Source: Paraspadella gotoi
Taxonomy: Eukaryota > Animalia > Chaetognatha
Reading direction: 5' to 3'
DNA length: 64,000 nt
NCBI GenBank assembly: GCA_051294375.1
Contig: JBJCIZ010000239.1
Span: 4,283,834 to 4,347,833, forward strand
The notes under the pieces were generated by a model. That model was not told the origin of the DNA and searched no databases. It was given only the letters and a program-made list of their open reading frames with translations. Both the position numbers and the translations under genes were made by a program. Below are positions 10,501-25,800 of the stretch, one piece after another; the first letter of the stretch is position 1, and the number at the start of each line of letters is the position of its first letter.

Positions 10501-13500
10501 TAAAAATTAAGAAAAACATCGCCATTGGTATAAGAAACGAAAATTAAATTTCATCAAATTAAATCGAATACATATTATCACGTACGAGGGACGATGGCCT
10601 AAAACCGTCATAGCCTGTCCAAAGTCTCTGGCAATATAGCTTATCTATGAGATGAACTTACGAATTTATTAAATGAATACCCAATTCATTGTATATTGGT
10701 TGTACCAATTTCATAGATCTGTCTTTCAAAAATCAATCCATTAAAGGAGACCAAATACTCATAAATTAATCGAATGAAAAAAAAAAACCTATTCCTCCCT
10801 CCTTCCCCCCCGGCCGCCGCAGAAAACCCCGAAAACTCCGACATCTTTTACCCTTGTTCCTCGATGAACTTTCGCGGCCAACAGCGGGAGGAGCTTCGGA
10901 CGGCGTTGTTGCAGAACAAGACGGCCGACGTCTATCCCATCACTTCCTTCTGCATAAGCGTCGAGTTTCTCCTGCTCATCTACACCGTTATACCGCTACC
11001 ACTGTACGTTTCCGGCATTTGTTCTAGGATTTATGTGTGTAACGGATTTCGGTTTCGTCGTAGATTTCTGGGACGGTGACGGTGAGACGCGCGCATGGAG
11101 GGAGGATGGGAGGCAGTAATGTTTTTGACAGTTCCATTGTTATCGCACGGTGATTAGTCAAAGCTGGTTCCACGGCGACCATTCAGGAGTTTCCATGACT
11201 GGTGGCTTGATACTCCTGCGATGATATGTAGTCGGGCATAGCATAAGTTCACCCCGCCTATAAGCATGACACCTTCAGTCGCTTTGCCCGATTACAGATA
11301 TAATCCGCTGTTGGTTGTTTGACCGTCTTATGAGAATTGATGATTGAGAATTCATTTTCCAAGACCAACGCGGTTGATGCGAAAATGCTCGAACTGTCAC
11401 CGGGTCGAAAAGATCGTTTTATCGCTGTCTGAGTTTATTTAATTAAGCTGTTATGGTGGACTAAAATTGGTGCAAGAGGCAAGTGGAGCCCGGTGATCGC
11501 CAAGCAGTTCAGAGGGACGGGGCGTTTAACCCGCTTGTAACAGCCTGATCCGAAGCTCAGGGACAGCTTATATTGAATGGTTCTGTCACTAACTCATAAC
11601 AATTATTACTGTCTCTTCACTGTTAGTGTAACTTTTTAAGTAATTTTCCGGTAGGACGGGTCAGTCTCACTTTTTGAATACTTGAAAAAAACACGGCTAA
11701 TTACTGAATCATTTTTAAAAATTCTTATTAGAAAGGTTGTGAGCCGTGATATGCTTAATGTGTACGTTTTTCATATTAGGTCAAGTAAAAACAGGAAATT
11801 TGTAGAATAGACTATAGAGAGAAGGTGAACTGATCCTCGTGAACGCGACCCCGAATCTATGGGATGATGATGATGTCGTCTCTGAAACAAAACCGTGATA
11901 AAAAACTATCACCGATCTCTCTCTCTCTCGCTTCCTCATCCTCACCTTTGTAGTCGAGCATTGCCTCAACTCAAGCTCGACTCAAGCTCAGCTCAAGCTT
12001 GTTGAATAATTCCATTAGGCGACCTGGAAAACTAGAAGCCTAGTTCCAATTCCCTTGACCCGTTCCATGGCTGCAAGAGGGGGGCTTAAAGAACTTACGA
12101 ATATCACTCTTCAGCCCTCTTAGCTCCTTATCCACTTCCTCCGTTTCAGCTACCTCTGCATGTTGTTCGGAGGTGTTTACTCTATCCTCTACGAGACGCT
12201 CGGCGCTCTCTTCCTCTGCGAGTCGGGCGCGCTCATCATTGCGGCCAAGATCCTTCTTCATCTCTGCATTCATCTCATTGGGATACAAGTCTTCATCATG
12301 TCACAGGTTTAAAAAAAAAGGAGGGGGAAAGAATGTTTTCCGAGAATGCCTCGTTTTTGTTCCTAAAGCAAAAACGTGAATTCAACTATGTTTTTATCAA
12401 CTACGAAACCCAATCCCTAACCTCCAACCCTGAACTCTATTCCTGAATCCATATTCCTTAACCAAATCTTAATTTAGTGCCGACGGACTTGGGTAGTTAC
12501 GCTATTCTATTTATGCTAGTTATTTGTTTGTTAAAGCTACGAAAGAAAGTTCTAAGGAGAGAGAGAGAAAGAAAGAAGAAAAGAAAGAGAGAAGTAAGGA
12601 AGGAAAAGTAAGAAGAGAAAGAAAGGAAAAAAAAATCAGAAAAAAACCAGAAAAACCAGAACCAGAGTAAGAGAGAGAGAGAGAGAGAGAGAGACGAAAG
12701 AAAATTAAAACATTCATTCTCCTTTCCTCCTCTTTTCCTGCCCGCCCCCAACTCGTTTTCCTTTCCACTCCCTTCACAGGTTCGACAACACGCCACCTTC
12801 TGGAGCATCTCCAACTCGGTGATGGCGAGACGTGACCTCGAGATCGAGCAGCAGCTTCGAGAGAAGATGATCCACTCCATCATGCCCAAACCTTACGCGG
12901 ACCAGATCATCCAGCTGGGTCATCTGAATCAGGACGCCGCCCCGGCCGAGTCGGGGGGCCGACCCGACAAGCAGAGGCAGTATCATCCTAACGCTGCCTT
13001 CAGGTGGGGAAAGAGGGAGACAGATAGAGAGAAAAAGTCAGAGGCATGCTTTGTAAACTTCCTCAAAATATTTAAAGGCCAAAAGCTTATCTTTAAAAAA
13101 AAACTGGCTAATTTTTTAGGTTCTTTCAAAAGGCGCTAACTTTTTTACTAACTCAATAAAAATTGGCGTATCAACGGCCACCGGGCTAGAAGTCTAGTGG
13201 AACCCAGGGACCTTTGCGCCAAAGGCCGCTGGTGAACGATTGGTGGATTTTTCGTCCACCATAACGCTTTTTCAATTATATTAGGCCGAAACCCTCCCCC
13301 CCCCACCTTCACACAGGCCCTTCCTGATGAACATCGTGGAAAACGTCTCCATCCTTTTCGCCGACATCGTTGGCTTCACTGAGATGAGTCAAAACAAATC
13401 GGCCGAGGAGTTGGTGGATCTACTCAACGATCTCTTCGGCAGGTGCGTCATTAGTCTCTGTCATCGTCTGTTATGTTATGCTGTCCACCTTACTATATAT

Positions 13501-16500
13501 TCGATAGATTCCTGACTTGCATATAATTTGATTCGGTCCACCCTACTATGTATTCAAGGTTTAAACATTAAGGCTGTCTGAAATGTTAGGTTGTCTACCT
13601 TAATTTGGATTCTTTTAGATTCCTTGCTTGCATAAAAGTTTATGCTGTTCTTTAGGGTGAAGTGAAAGTTTAGAATCAAATTTTAGCAGTTATATTTTGA
13701 AAATTATCATATTAGTTAATACTACTTTATAACTTTTTTTTATATATATTGTAACCCAGTCGGCTTATTTTGTATATAATATTTCCTTTATATAATATCA
13801 AAATTAAGCTGGAAATTAAAAATCAGTATTTTAAATATAGTTTTTTATATTTTTGACCAAAATGTGTAAACTGAAATTGTGTAGCTCGGCTGTCTGAAAT
13901 GTTATGCCGTCCACCCTACTACGCTTTCAATGCGTATCCCCCCCCCCTTTAGATTCGACGATCTCTGCGTGGAGAACAACTGCGAAAAGATCGCGACGTT
14001 GGGCGACTGTTACTACTGCGTGTCAGGATGTCCCAAACCGCGCGCGGATCACGCCATCTGCTGCGTGCTGATGGGCTTGGACATGATCCAGGCCATCAGG
14101 GAGTTCGACGAGGAAAAGAACGAGAGGGTGGGTTCTTTTTGTTTATTAAAGGGGGGGGGCTAATCCTATTTAGCAATGGGTTTTTTTTTAATCTAGTTCA
14201 ATCTTTTAGTTCTATTCACATTCGAGTGAAAAGTGAAAAGTTCAAGAGAGCGGGAGAGTGTGGTGGGCTTTGAGCATCCTTAATAGCGCAATGGGCTAAC
14301 GTTGAGTAACGAGAATGTTAAAGTCGGACTTACCCTAGTTTAACCGCAGTAAGTGAGCGAACCGCCGGACGCCGAGTATTGGAAAAAAAAAAGACAACAG
14401 ACGAGAAAAAATCTCTTTGACCATATATCCGGCTTCGTTAACTGTGTGGGGGACATGTTACAATATCACAGGGGCGGTCACATTAAGTGATCACCGATAT
14501 GACGGATTGAACGCCAATCGCGTTTTGTGATGGTGAGGGTTAGTTGTACATTCTGGAAAATTGTTTACTCGCGTCCCCGAAATTTTTTTTTTTCCCGCGA
14601 TTTTTGTTTTCGCTTGTTTTCTTGCTAAATTGTCTGTTTGCTTGGTCGCTCGGTCCTAAATTCGATTGCAAGCTGGATTGCAGCTTTCCTCGTACGATCT
14701 TCTCTCTCGCCTCGCTTAAATGAGAGACCGTTTCGCCACCTTATTTTTCATTTTGTCTTATATTAAATTATTAAATTTTTATATTGGTTGTACCAATTTC
14801 ATAACGAGACGGGGAGAATCTTCACCCACCGCCTCCGGCCTCACTCCCCCACGTCAAACCACACACCCACATCCCCCCGCAGGTGGACATGCGCGTGGGT
14901 ATCCATACGGGTCACGTGCTCTGCGGCATCGTGGGCACCATGAGGTTCAAGTTCGACGTGTGGTCGGACAGCGTGAGGGTGGCCAACAAGATGGAGTCTA
15001 CGGGCCGGCCAGGACGCGTCCACATCACGGAACGGACCAAAGATTGTCTCAACGACGAGTTTGAGCTGGAGGACGGGGACCCCCTCGTCATTCCGCACGA
15101 GAAGTTCGCCAACAAGACTAAAGGTGCCGTTGATTTATTTTTATTTTCCCAGAACGACCCGAATTAGGTTAATTTTTTTAATTAAAAATTAGGTTAAAGA
15201 TTAAGATTTGGGATTAAGGTTAGTTATTTGGTTTATGATTAGGGTTAAGGATTTGGATTTAAGATTTTAGTATTAAAGTTCGGGTTCGGGATTAGCTTCG
15301 AAGTGAAGAATGTTCTTCATTTCCAGAAGATAACACAAACGTTCCTCTACCCATTATAATATGAAATAATAATTAAATTTAATACTTATGTGAAATACAT
15401 TACTTTTTTATTCATTTTAAAGTTTAGTCTGTTTAATATAGTAAAACAGATTGTTGTACTGCAGATCATTAAAGGTTTAAAATTTATTTTCTATAGTTAA
15501 TTGTGGGCTAGTTTTAATTTATAACAGTTTATCTACAAATTTTAATATTTTTTCATCGGGTTTCGACAGAGAATAAAAAGTTAAATTTTATTATATCTTT
15601 TTCGTTTATCAGCAAAAATTGTAAAATCATCCAACGATATTGATATTTTTCATTTCTTTCAAAAGTTGTACATTCGAATGTATCGTATAGTTAGTAATTT
15701 AAGCTCACGCCGTCCGACGTCATCATAACCTCCTCGTGACGTCATTTCTTCTTGTTTTTAAATCTCTCAGATCGAAGCTAAAAATAACTTGAGGCTCATT
15801 CCCGGATCAAACTCCGGGTTTTGTTTGAGCTCGTTGTTGAAGACGATATAGACGACGTTGGCGACGACGATATGACGACAACGATATGATGACGACGACG
15901 ATATAGAAGATGACGGCGACGATGACGTTAATGATATATACGACTATGACGACGACGATACAGACGATATAGATGACGATGGTGATGACGATATAGATGA
16001 CGATGATGACGATAACTGGAAGACCACCGAAATGTAATTGTTTTCCAAGTGTGCCCCGTTTCTACTGTAATTTAGAATATAGTTTTATAAAAGGGTTAAG
16101 ATTTAAGAATAAAACTTAGGAAGGGAAATCCGTTAAGAGGATTAGGGTTGTGGGGTATGTTTGGTATGATTGCTATTATTAGTTATAAAGGTTAATGATT
16201 AAAAATAAGGATTTAGGTTAAAGATTAGAATTACGGATAAAGTTATTAAGTATAGATAAAAATTATATAAAAAAAACAATTATTTTTACTTTTTCTTATT
16301 TAAGATTCAAACGCAATGAAAATAATGAATTAATATAATGTTTACTTTAAACCAATAATGATATTTAATAATAGATGATATAAACGTTTATCATTAAACA
16401 TCATCGTTGTTGAAGTATAACAAATCGTTTATTTTTAATAATCTAAAAACGATATTTAAAACGAATAAATTATATAGCAAGATAGCTTATTTATTAAATG

Positions 16501-16808
16501 AATGGATAATTTTTATATTGGTTGTACCAATTTCATATTAAAATTAAGTTTAGAATTATGAAAAGGAAATTGAGGTTGCTTTCAGAGAATATTGCCATAA
16601 TTGGATTTATGTCTGCGTTGTTGGGAAAAACGGACGACGACGACATCATTGTGAATCGTGATATTCGTGTCGACTCGTAAACAAAGGAAAGTGAAAGAGA
16701 GAGAGAGAGTGTGTGTGGGTAAAATTGAGTTATGAGACCGAGGCAGATCCCCTTAATATTTTTTCGGCTTTCGTGTTTAATATCTGTTTTTTCCATTTTG
16801 TTTAGGTT

Positions 16809-16850
<42 letters not shown>

Positions 16851-19800
16851 AAAAAATCGTGATTTTTGTAAATTTTAATCATGTTAAAGTTTAAAGAAAT
16901 TCTTTTACGACGGTGAAACATTATTTTATTAAAAAAGATATTTCCATGACAATGACAATAATTCAAATCATAAAGGATCCAGAATGACATTTTTATACAT
17001 ACTTTTTTTAAACATACATTTTTATTACTTAAGACTTAAATTAAGTTTTTAAGGACTTTTATTTTGTTCTGAAGTATTTGATGACCCACATTTACATAAC
17101 ATGGCATGACTTAACATGACATAGCATCGTTCTTTAGAATCGTTCGCCGTGACTAACTTAAATTGAAACTAATTTACATATTTATAGTCCGTACCTCTTT
17201 CCAACGCACCCGCCTCCTCCCGAAACATCCGCGGCGAGTTAGTTTAGGAACCGCGATATGCAAATGAGTTTTACGAGGTTTCGTAAATTATAAATACCTA
17301 ATCGAGAAGCAGAATATTAACTATTACTATTGCATCACTTTGATTTTGGTTGTTGTAGTAGTTTTTTTTTATTAAGTTATTTAAATAAATTAAGACATTA
17401 TTCTATTTTTTCGACCTTATAATTTTTTGGATTGTCATAAAATTTTGATTTAATTTAGGTTTGGGCGATGGATTTTAATTTTTTTTTTCTCCCCGTTGTT
17501 TAGGTTTGGTTTAATTAAATATTTTTAAAATTAATGGCATTAATGAGAGCGGGGCCCAAAATACTATGCATTTAAAAATACTAAAACGTGTTAATTTTCA
17601 AATGTTAAAAATTATTTCTTTTATTTTATTTTTTTTTTATTTCAAGAATAGTTGGTTTTTATCAAAAGATTTATCAAATTTTATTCTCTCCTTTTTTTAT
17701 CAACTCACTCCAACCCGAACAATATTTTCGCTTTGCCTCCCGAGTTTTGTTTGTTTTTGCTTATCGAAGCTCATTTATTAAATTCAAAGAGAGAGACAGA
17801 GAGAGAAAGAGAGACTCTTAAAGTTCTTTTCGGTAGATAAAATATTTCTCAAGTGGATTGGTCTCTTCAAATTTAAATAAACTCTGTTCGCTGCGTTGAA
17901 GGACCTTCCAGCCGAGAATTAGCTTTTCGCTTTTTCGATCAATCATTCCATACATTTTTCGGGGGGGGGGGTGCTCAATCATTTATTCGTAATCATAGTT
18001 TCATACATTTTAATTAATGTAGTAATGTATATGGTTCTTTATTTTACTGGGGAGTTTTTTTAGGGAGAATAAGCTGATTAAAACAAGTATTTAAAGTCTA
18101 TAACAGGTTGGGAATATTATATTACTTTCTTGAGAGTAAGTTAAAAACCGGGACGTTTTTTTTTTTCCTCCCGTCGGTTCTGTTACGGGAAGCCTACTTT
18201 GTAATTGGTCAAGAAAAAAGGGGGGGGGGAAAACTAAATAAAAAAAAAAGTAAAAAGTGACAAACTACTTGGGTCAATCAACCACGGACAGGCGCAAGAT
18301 AGCTGATTTAATATTTGTGTTGTTGTTGTTCCACACTCTTTAACTTATCCCAACCCCCTCCCCATCTCACCTTACCCTTTTTTGTAACTAGTCCACAAAA
18401 CTTACTTCATCGTCGAGACACCGGAAGTGATGGCCACCGACGACGACGACGAGGATCGCGTTTCTCCGCCGCCATCCGTTTTGCCGCTGGACGCCTTACC
18501 CGCCAACCAATCTCCGCAAAGACGACGTCGGGGCGTTGTCGATGGCGGCGTCAGTAGTTTTGAGGGCAAAAAATTCACCGGATCTAGAGGTGAATGATAG
18601 GGATTTAGAAAATAACACTCCTGTCTCGAATCCTTAATCCTTATTCCCTCAACCTTAATCTCTAATTTTAATCCTTAACCATAATCCCCTTGATTTTTTA
18701 ATAATTAACCTTAATCTTTAACCACTGATCAATGATTAATCTCAACCTTTGTTTTAATACATAACTCTAATTGTAAATTAAATCTTCAGCTTAACCCCAT
18801 AACCTTAATATTTAATTTAACTATAAAGCGTTGCTGTTAAATTTTATCTTAACCTTTAATCTAATACATAATTGTAAGCAAAGATAGAGCGCTTTGGCAA
18901 AATATAGCTTATTTACTGTATGTAGTTATGCTTGTAATTTAGGTAATAATTTTGGTCATAATTTAAGTAATAATAGTCTAGTTAAAGCAGATTCAGATGC
19001 ATACAAACAAACAAGTAATTGCAGTTAATAAGTATTACAAGACAGACTTCTAAAAAAATTCAGTTTTTTGAGTAAAATCATAATTCTTTTCTTTTTGGCC
19101 TTTTTTATTTACCTTTTAAAAACTACTGCAGCGAAGTAAAAAGAATTCATTCTAAATAACTCACAAAAATTAGTTAAATTTTAAATTTATTTGTCATAAG
19201 TTACCAATTAATATTTAGTTCTGCTTTCTGTTATCACTCAAAGATGTTTACTCAAACGCGCATCAAAGTATTGAGGTTGAGCCATTAATTGAAAGGTGCA
19301 ACCAGGCTAGTAGTAGCGGTAGCCGACCTAATTCAAATTTTAATGGGAACAGCATTAACTAATCCATTATTGGTATTAAATATTTTTATACAAAAATGTT
19401 CTGAACCATGAGTTTCGCTAATTAATATTATTATATTGCTATATAAGGTCAAAATTTTTTTTTGATATTTTAAGTTTCTTTAATTGATTCTGATAGAGCT
19501 TAAAAAGTTATGCCAAAAATATAATTAAAACTTTTTCAAATTTTGATGTTTTATTACTAAAAATTAGTAAAAACTGCTAAAATCATCGGATGATGATGAT
19601 GATTTTTTTAAGGTTTTTCTTAATTTATCTTATCAAAATATTTTTTAAAAAAATTATATTTTGTGTAGATAACTTTTCTTAACTTAAATAAATATTAAAA
19701 AATTAATTACTAATGCTTCTAGCCATTTTAGAAAATTTAGGTCCATTGAAAGTTTTCTCTGAAATGTATGAAGTTTCATTTGGAAAGGTTCCCAAATCAA

Positions 19801-22800
19801 ACTTCTGACCCATCCCATTGACAAAGTTTGGCTCGACTAGTCCTCGCCGTGTTCATTTCGAAAGCTTGCAGGGTCTTGGTTGGTTATTATCTTGTAAAAG
19901 GGGTGGAGTTGGATGCCTTAACTCACCATTATGGCCTGTCAAAGTCTATGGCAAGATATCCTATTTAATTTAAATGGATAATTTTACTATTGGTTGTACC
20001 AATTTCATAAAGAAAATGAAACGGTACTGCAAAATTAAAAATAAATGAAAAAGGGGCGGGGAAATTGGCGTTTATGTAATATGTATACTAAGGCGGAACA
20101 AGGTAAAAACTAAGAGTTCTGTAATATAAATAACGTTAGAGCATCCCTTTGGGATAACAAAATTTTCAAAAAATTTTAGATTTATCGTATTTCTATAAAT
20201 ACTGAAAAAATTATTTTTCTAATTTAGAAATTTTAAAAACGGCTTCGTGTAGAGCTTTAAAAAATAAATTAAAAATATTATTACAATATTTTCAAATTTT
20301 TATGTTTTATTACTTAAAATTAGCAAAAACTATAAAATTATGGTATGATGAATGATGATGATTTTTAAGGGTTTTCCCTTATTTGACTCGCTTATCATCG
20401 TAATATTGAAAAACGCTTTATACTTTGTGTAAACAACTTTTTATGGGCTATCTAAATCGGTTCTTAAAAAATAAAATTATTAAAAAAAATGTTCTTTATT
20501 GCCTATGTATTAATAAATATTTAAAGGCTTCAATGTTATACTGTGCTTCACTAGTTAAAAAAGTGATAATAAATATTAATTAAATATATGATGGACAAAT
20601 TAATTTTAAATTACAGAACTCCTGATGATAAAAAGTGATCAATTTTGGCCCGCCTTAATGTATACATAAATGTAATGTATACTACAGAATAAAATGATTT
20701 GTTTTTAGACAAGTTAAACCTTTCACGTCTTAAATGTTTTATTCGTTTTTTGGGTTACTTTCTCCGACCGGGGCTAGTCGGTTTAGGATTAAGGGTGATT
20801 TAGGGTTAGGGGTGGTGAGGGTTAAGAGGTTGTAGAGTTAGGGTAATTAGGTAATAATTTTTAAAAAAAGATTAAATAAATATTTTTAAGTAGTTTTTTT
20901 TTTTTAAAACGCCAACACCCCGGTCGGCGAAAGTAAAATGTTATCTTTTTTTTTTTTTTTTTGCATCCGCGAATGATTTGTAAAATTGTTGGCATTTTCC
21001 TCACCTCTTTTTCAACCCCCCCCCTCTTCACACCCTCTCACCCGTTCCATTCCGTCACGACACATTCCCCCCTTACCTTCTTTTTCCCGCCAAAAATTGA
21101 AGATAACCTCGACGCGGCCTTAGAATCCGGTCTCGTTTCCAATCAAGTCTTCCCCGGCGAGCCCGACGGCGCCGCCCCGCCCGGCACCGCCCCTTCCGGC
21201 ACCGCCCCTTCCGCCGGTCGGGCCCCGCATCGCTGGGTGGCGCCGCCGCCGGCCAACTCCTCCGTCGACGATATCGCTTTGAAAGAAAGGCGAGTCTAAG
21301 GCGACGTGGGGGCTCTTCCTCACGTGCCCCATTTATGTTCTTTTATTCTAAAATATGTTCTTAAACTTATAAACCAATCCTGAACCTTAACCCTGAAACC
21401 TCATACTTATTTTTTACCCTTTCCCTCTGACCCTTAACACTAGTCCTTAACCCTAATTACAGACCTAATCTTTCCCTTTAATCATTAACCTAATTTATTA
21501 CTTTAAAAAGATTAAATATTTTTAAGTAGTTTTTTTAAAAAAACGCCAATATCATTATTATAATTCATTCATTTATTTCATTTCATTTAATTCAATCCCC
21601 CAAACAGAATGCGCAAAATCTCTTCTCCTCTTCCCGGCGGCGTCGCCTTCGAAAAAAAGATGGCGGTCAACGGACTCGGCGCGCCGATCGAAACCAGCGG
21701 CGGCGTCGTCAGCGGCATCCTCCGACCGCGTTCGCCGGACAACCGGCGCCGTCCCAACGGACCCGCGACGGCGATCGACGAAGCCGGCGTCGATGGCGCC
21801 CCTACCACGACGCCGGAATTCTCGGCGCTTTCTCCGCCCCCGAGCGGCGTCGCGAGAAACGCGGCGTCAGGTTTCCCTCGGCTGGCGAATTCCACGACCT
21901 CTTGCGCCGCGGGGACGGATCAAGGCAGACTGGGTGAGAGAATAGTAGTAATTAACTAATTAATCACTAATTGATTACATATTTAAGCTTGAAGTTACAT
22001 TTAATATAAAAATGGAAACAAAAAGCTTAATCCAATAGTGAAACGGGTTTTTTTGTTTGTTTTTTTTCTCCCATTTAAACTCGTTTCCACTCGGACGATT
22101 CCATCAAAACTTGATTTCCAGCTCAATCACATATTTCTTTATCCACTCACAACTTTTTAAGAAAATTGTTTCACCCACTCATGAGTAATTGGCGTTCAAA
22201 GCTAAGGTGGGACGGACAGACAGATTTTTAAATTTTTTAGTTATAATATATATAATATAATATAACCTTCTTCAGTCGGTAACCTGACTTTACTTCGCTC
22301 TATCATTCTCCTTTTCTCAACTCTCCTCTTGAAAGATATTTTGTTACCTCGCGTCGGGTCATTCTTTTTTTAGTCATTTGACCTGACCTTATCTTTTCAC
22401 CGTTCTAGTCGCTTTCTTGTGGCTTTCTTTCGGCCGAAAACCTCGTCACTTGTTATTCGTTCAGAATCATTTTTAAAGAAAAGATCGGCCGTCTGGAACC
22501 GTAGTTTTTACGGATCCAAGGATTTCTTACAAACATTTTTTCGACTTTTCATTGATTTGCCATGGATTTATCTCTACAAAAATACAAGTAATTCACGATT
22601 TATCCTACATTTTTCGACGTTTTCTTTACGCTTCGAGATTTAGTAAGATACTACGAAATCCTTGCTCCTTGTCAAAATATGTTCATCCGACGGCCGACGC
22701 CTCGAACGCGCGACCCCGCAGGCATAGAAAATACAAAATATTTTCTACACCTCTTCTCTTCATACCAAATATTTGAATTTTTTTCACAATTTCGCGCTGA

Positions 22801-25800
22801 TGAAGGCCAACATATCAGCCAAAACATATACATTATTTTGTAAAATTAAATGTCTGTAAGCAATGAACAAAACAAGAATTTTCATTTGATCCTAAATAAA
22901 AATCCTTATTTTATTTTTATTTTTCTCCTCCTTATACCTTATCTTCCCCACCCCCCAAAGCAGCCAAAGCTCCGAGCAGCCCTTTGAAAGCCCGCGCCTC
23001 ATCCGGCAGCGCCGCCCCCCCTGTTGGGACCGCGACGGTTCACGGACTCGGTCACGCCCTCTCCACGCCCCTTAGCAACGCGTTGGGCGATTCCTTGACG
23101 ACCGACGCGGCGACGGAATCTCCGCCGTTGACTCCCATGAGTCTGACGGCGAAAGAGGAGGCGGAAATCTCTTTGGCTTCGGATCCCGGTTGGGAGGAGA
23201 GGAAACAGGGTGAGGAGTGGGGAGGGAGAGGGGGGAAGGCGAGCAAACGGGGGAGAGGGAGGAGAGGAAACAGGGTGAGAAGTGGGGAGGGAGAGGGAGG
23301 GGAAGGCGAGGAAAGGGGGAGAGGGAGGAGAGGAAACAGGGTGAGGAGTTGGGGGAGGGAGGGAGGAGAGGAAACAGGGTGAGGAATGGGGAGGGAGGAG
23401 AGGAAACAGGGTGAGGAATGGGGAGGGAGAGCGAGGGGAAGGCGAGGAAACGGATAGGGAGGGAGGAGAGGAAACAGGGTGAGGAATGGGGAGGAGAGGG
23501 AGGGAGGGGAAGGCGAGGAAACGTGGGGGAGGGAGGAGAGGAAACAGGGTGAGAAGTGGAGAGGGAGGGCGGAGAAGGAGAGGAAACGGGGTGGAAGGGA
23601 GGAGGGAGGGGAAGGAGAGGAAACGGTGAGGAGTGGGGAGGGAGGGGGAAGAAGAGAAAACAGGGTGAGAGGGAGGAGAGGAAACAGGGTGAGGAGTGAG
23701 GAAGGGGAGGGGAAGGTAGGAGAGGGAAAGAGATAGGGGGAAAGAGGGAAAAGGAGGTGAGAAGTCCTTTAAAGAAATATAGGGTCAGAGGGAATGGGCA
23801 GAGATGGATAGGGGAAAAGGGGGAAGAAGGGAAGATAGAAAAAAAAAAGGGAAAAGAGGAAACAGGACGAGAGGGAAGGAGAGGTATGTGGGAAGGGGAG
23901 GAGGGAGGAAGGGGGAGGCCGCTGCGGGGATTGACGGAGAGAAAAAGGGAGAGAAAGAGTGAGGAAATGGAAATAGAAACAGGGAAGGGGTAGAGAGAGA
24001 CGGAAGAGAGATGAAAGGATAGAGAAAGGGAAGGGAGGAGAGGAATTTGTTTTATTTCTCGTTCTCCTTCATCCCTCATTCTCCTTTTGCCAGATTCTTC
24101 CTCCCAAACCGGTCGCGCTTCCTTTCGCGACGAACGCGCCTCCTACGCGGGTATGGACAACGCCTCCCCGAAATCGCGTCGTTCCGGCGTTGGAATCGGC
24201 AGCAGCAGCGGAGGCGGAGGCGGCGGCGCGCCCTACGGCGGCGGCGGCGTTCTCTCGAACCGCGGGCAGAGGAGCTTCAAGCGCAACTCTTGTCGGAGAC
24301 GAACGTTGAAACATTCGGTCATCACGCAGATGGCGTCACAGGTCATACTTTACTCTGATCTAATTGCTAATCTCTGTAATCTTTAACCTATTCTTTCGAA
24401 AAAGATGGCCTTGAAATGACCTTGAAATTGGTACAACCAATATAAAATTATCTATTCGTTTAGTCAGCTATCTTTCCCCTGACTTTGGACAGGCTTTTTT
24501 TTTGTTTAAGGTTTATTTTCTTTTTTAATTTAATTTGATTACCACTTTATTTTTACCACCTCCTCTTTCTCCCAGGACCTGACCGAAATGACACCGCGAG
24601 AGCTGATTGGCCGCCGCCAGTCCTGCTATTTCGCCAACAGCCAATCAAGCGTTTCCGATGCTGGCGGCGGCACAGACGTCGCCGGCGGCGGGGCCGGGGG
24701 CGGCGCCTCTAACTCGAACTCTAACATCGAAGGGTCGGACGCTGGCGGCGGCGGCGGCGAGGCCAAGTCCTCGAGAAACGCTGGTAAGAATAGATGTAAA
24801 GGGTTAAACGGAAAGAGGTGGAAGTGATAAATTTGTTTTGGGATCATGGTTAGGTATGAATAATTTAATATCTATTCTTATGGGGATAAAACGACTTTGT
24901 AGAATCCTATTTTCTGATAGGGATACATATATGGAATTGTTTTTTTGGTTTTTTTTTTTCAAAAGGGGCATCCATATTGCAATGCCAATTTTTAAATTGT
25001 TGACTTTCAATATTGTGAATCCGCTCTTCAATAAGTTGACTGAGTTCACTAAGAAGTGTCTCACACCCAACTTTCTCTCTCACAAAAATTTTTCATTCTG
25101 TGTTTTTCATTTGTATTTATCATAAACGAGAACCATAAACAATTCGTTTAAAACCTGATAGTTTATTAATTTCTTATTTACATCAATTTCAGAGGCAGAA
25201 AATGTGCAAAGTAGATATTAGCAATTTATTGTAAAGTCTCAGTCCCAAACGCTCGTCAGATCGCTCATGAGCAGAATGTCTAGTTTCTCTTCACTCCTTC
25301 CTCGCTTGCTCGTCTCTCCTCATCATCCAATCATCAGCGATTCGCTCGTTGCGCGTGAGCTGTTGATCGTTGTTGTTGTTGTTGTTGATGTTATAAACAA
25401 AGCTTTTTACTGTAACTAAAAGGCCATATAGACCCCAGAAAGGGTGCCCAGGGCCGTATCCGTAGATACATTCACTCTCTTCTTTCTCCCACCACACCCT
25501 CCCTCTCTCTGTAATCTCTCAAGTTTCGGCTTCTTATCGTCCCACGACCGGCGCCGATAACGACGAAGACGGCGACGAAGACGACGACGGCGATGGCGTG
25601 GGCGTCTTCCTTGTCCCCGATTCGTCGACGCCCAACGCCTCAGCCTCCGTCTTCGCCCAGCGGCAGAAGCATCTGGAGGCTGGAGACAAGCAGCTCGTCG
25701 AAGTCATCAAGGTGAGGAAGGTCTCCAACTCTTAACCCTAATCTCCAACTTAATCACCGAGATGAAGATTAAGTTAAGCCAAAAAATCCTTTTTTTTTTA

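Noticed and set aside
15770-16020. Asp-rich alternative exon of ADCY9
   Set aside because: Contains stops, and exon 9 already joins exon 10 in phase with conserved KTYFI.
23072-24079. 335-aa minus-strand ORF
   Set aside because: Artefact of a polypurine/polypyrimidine intron tract lacking stops.
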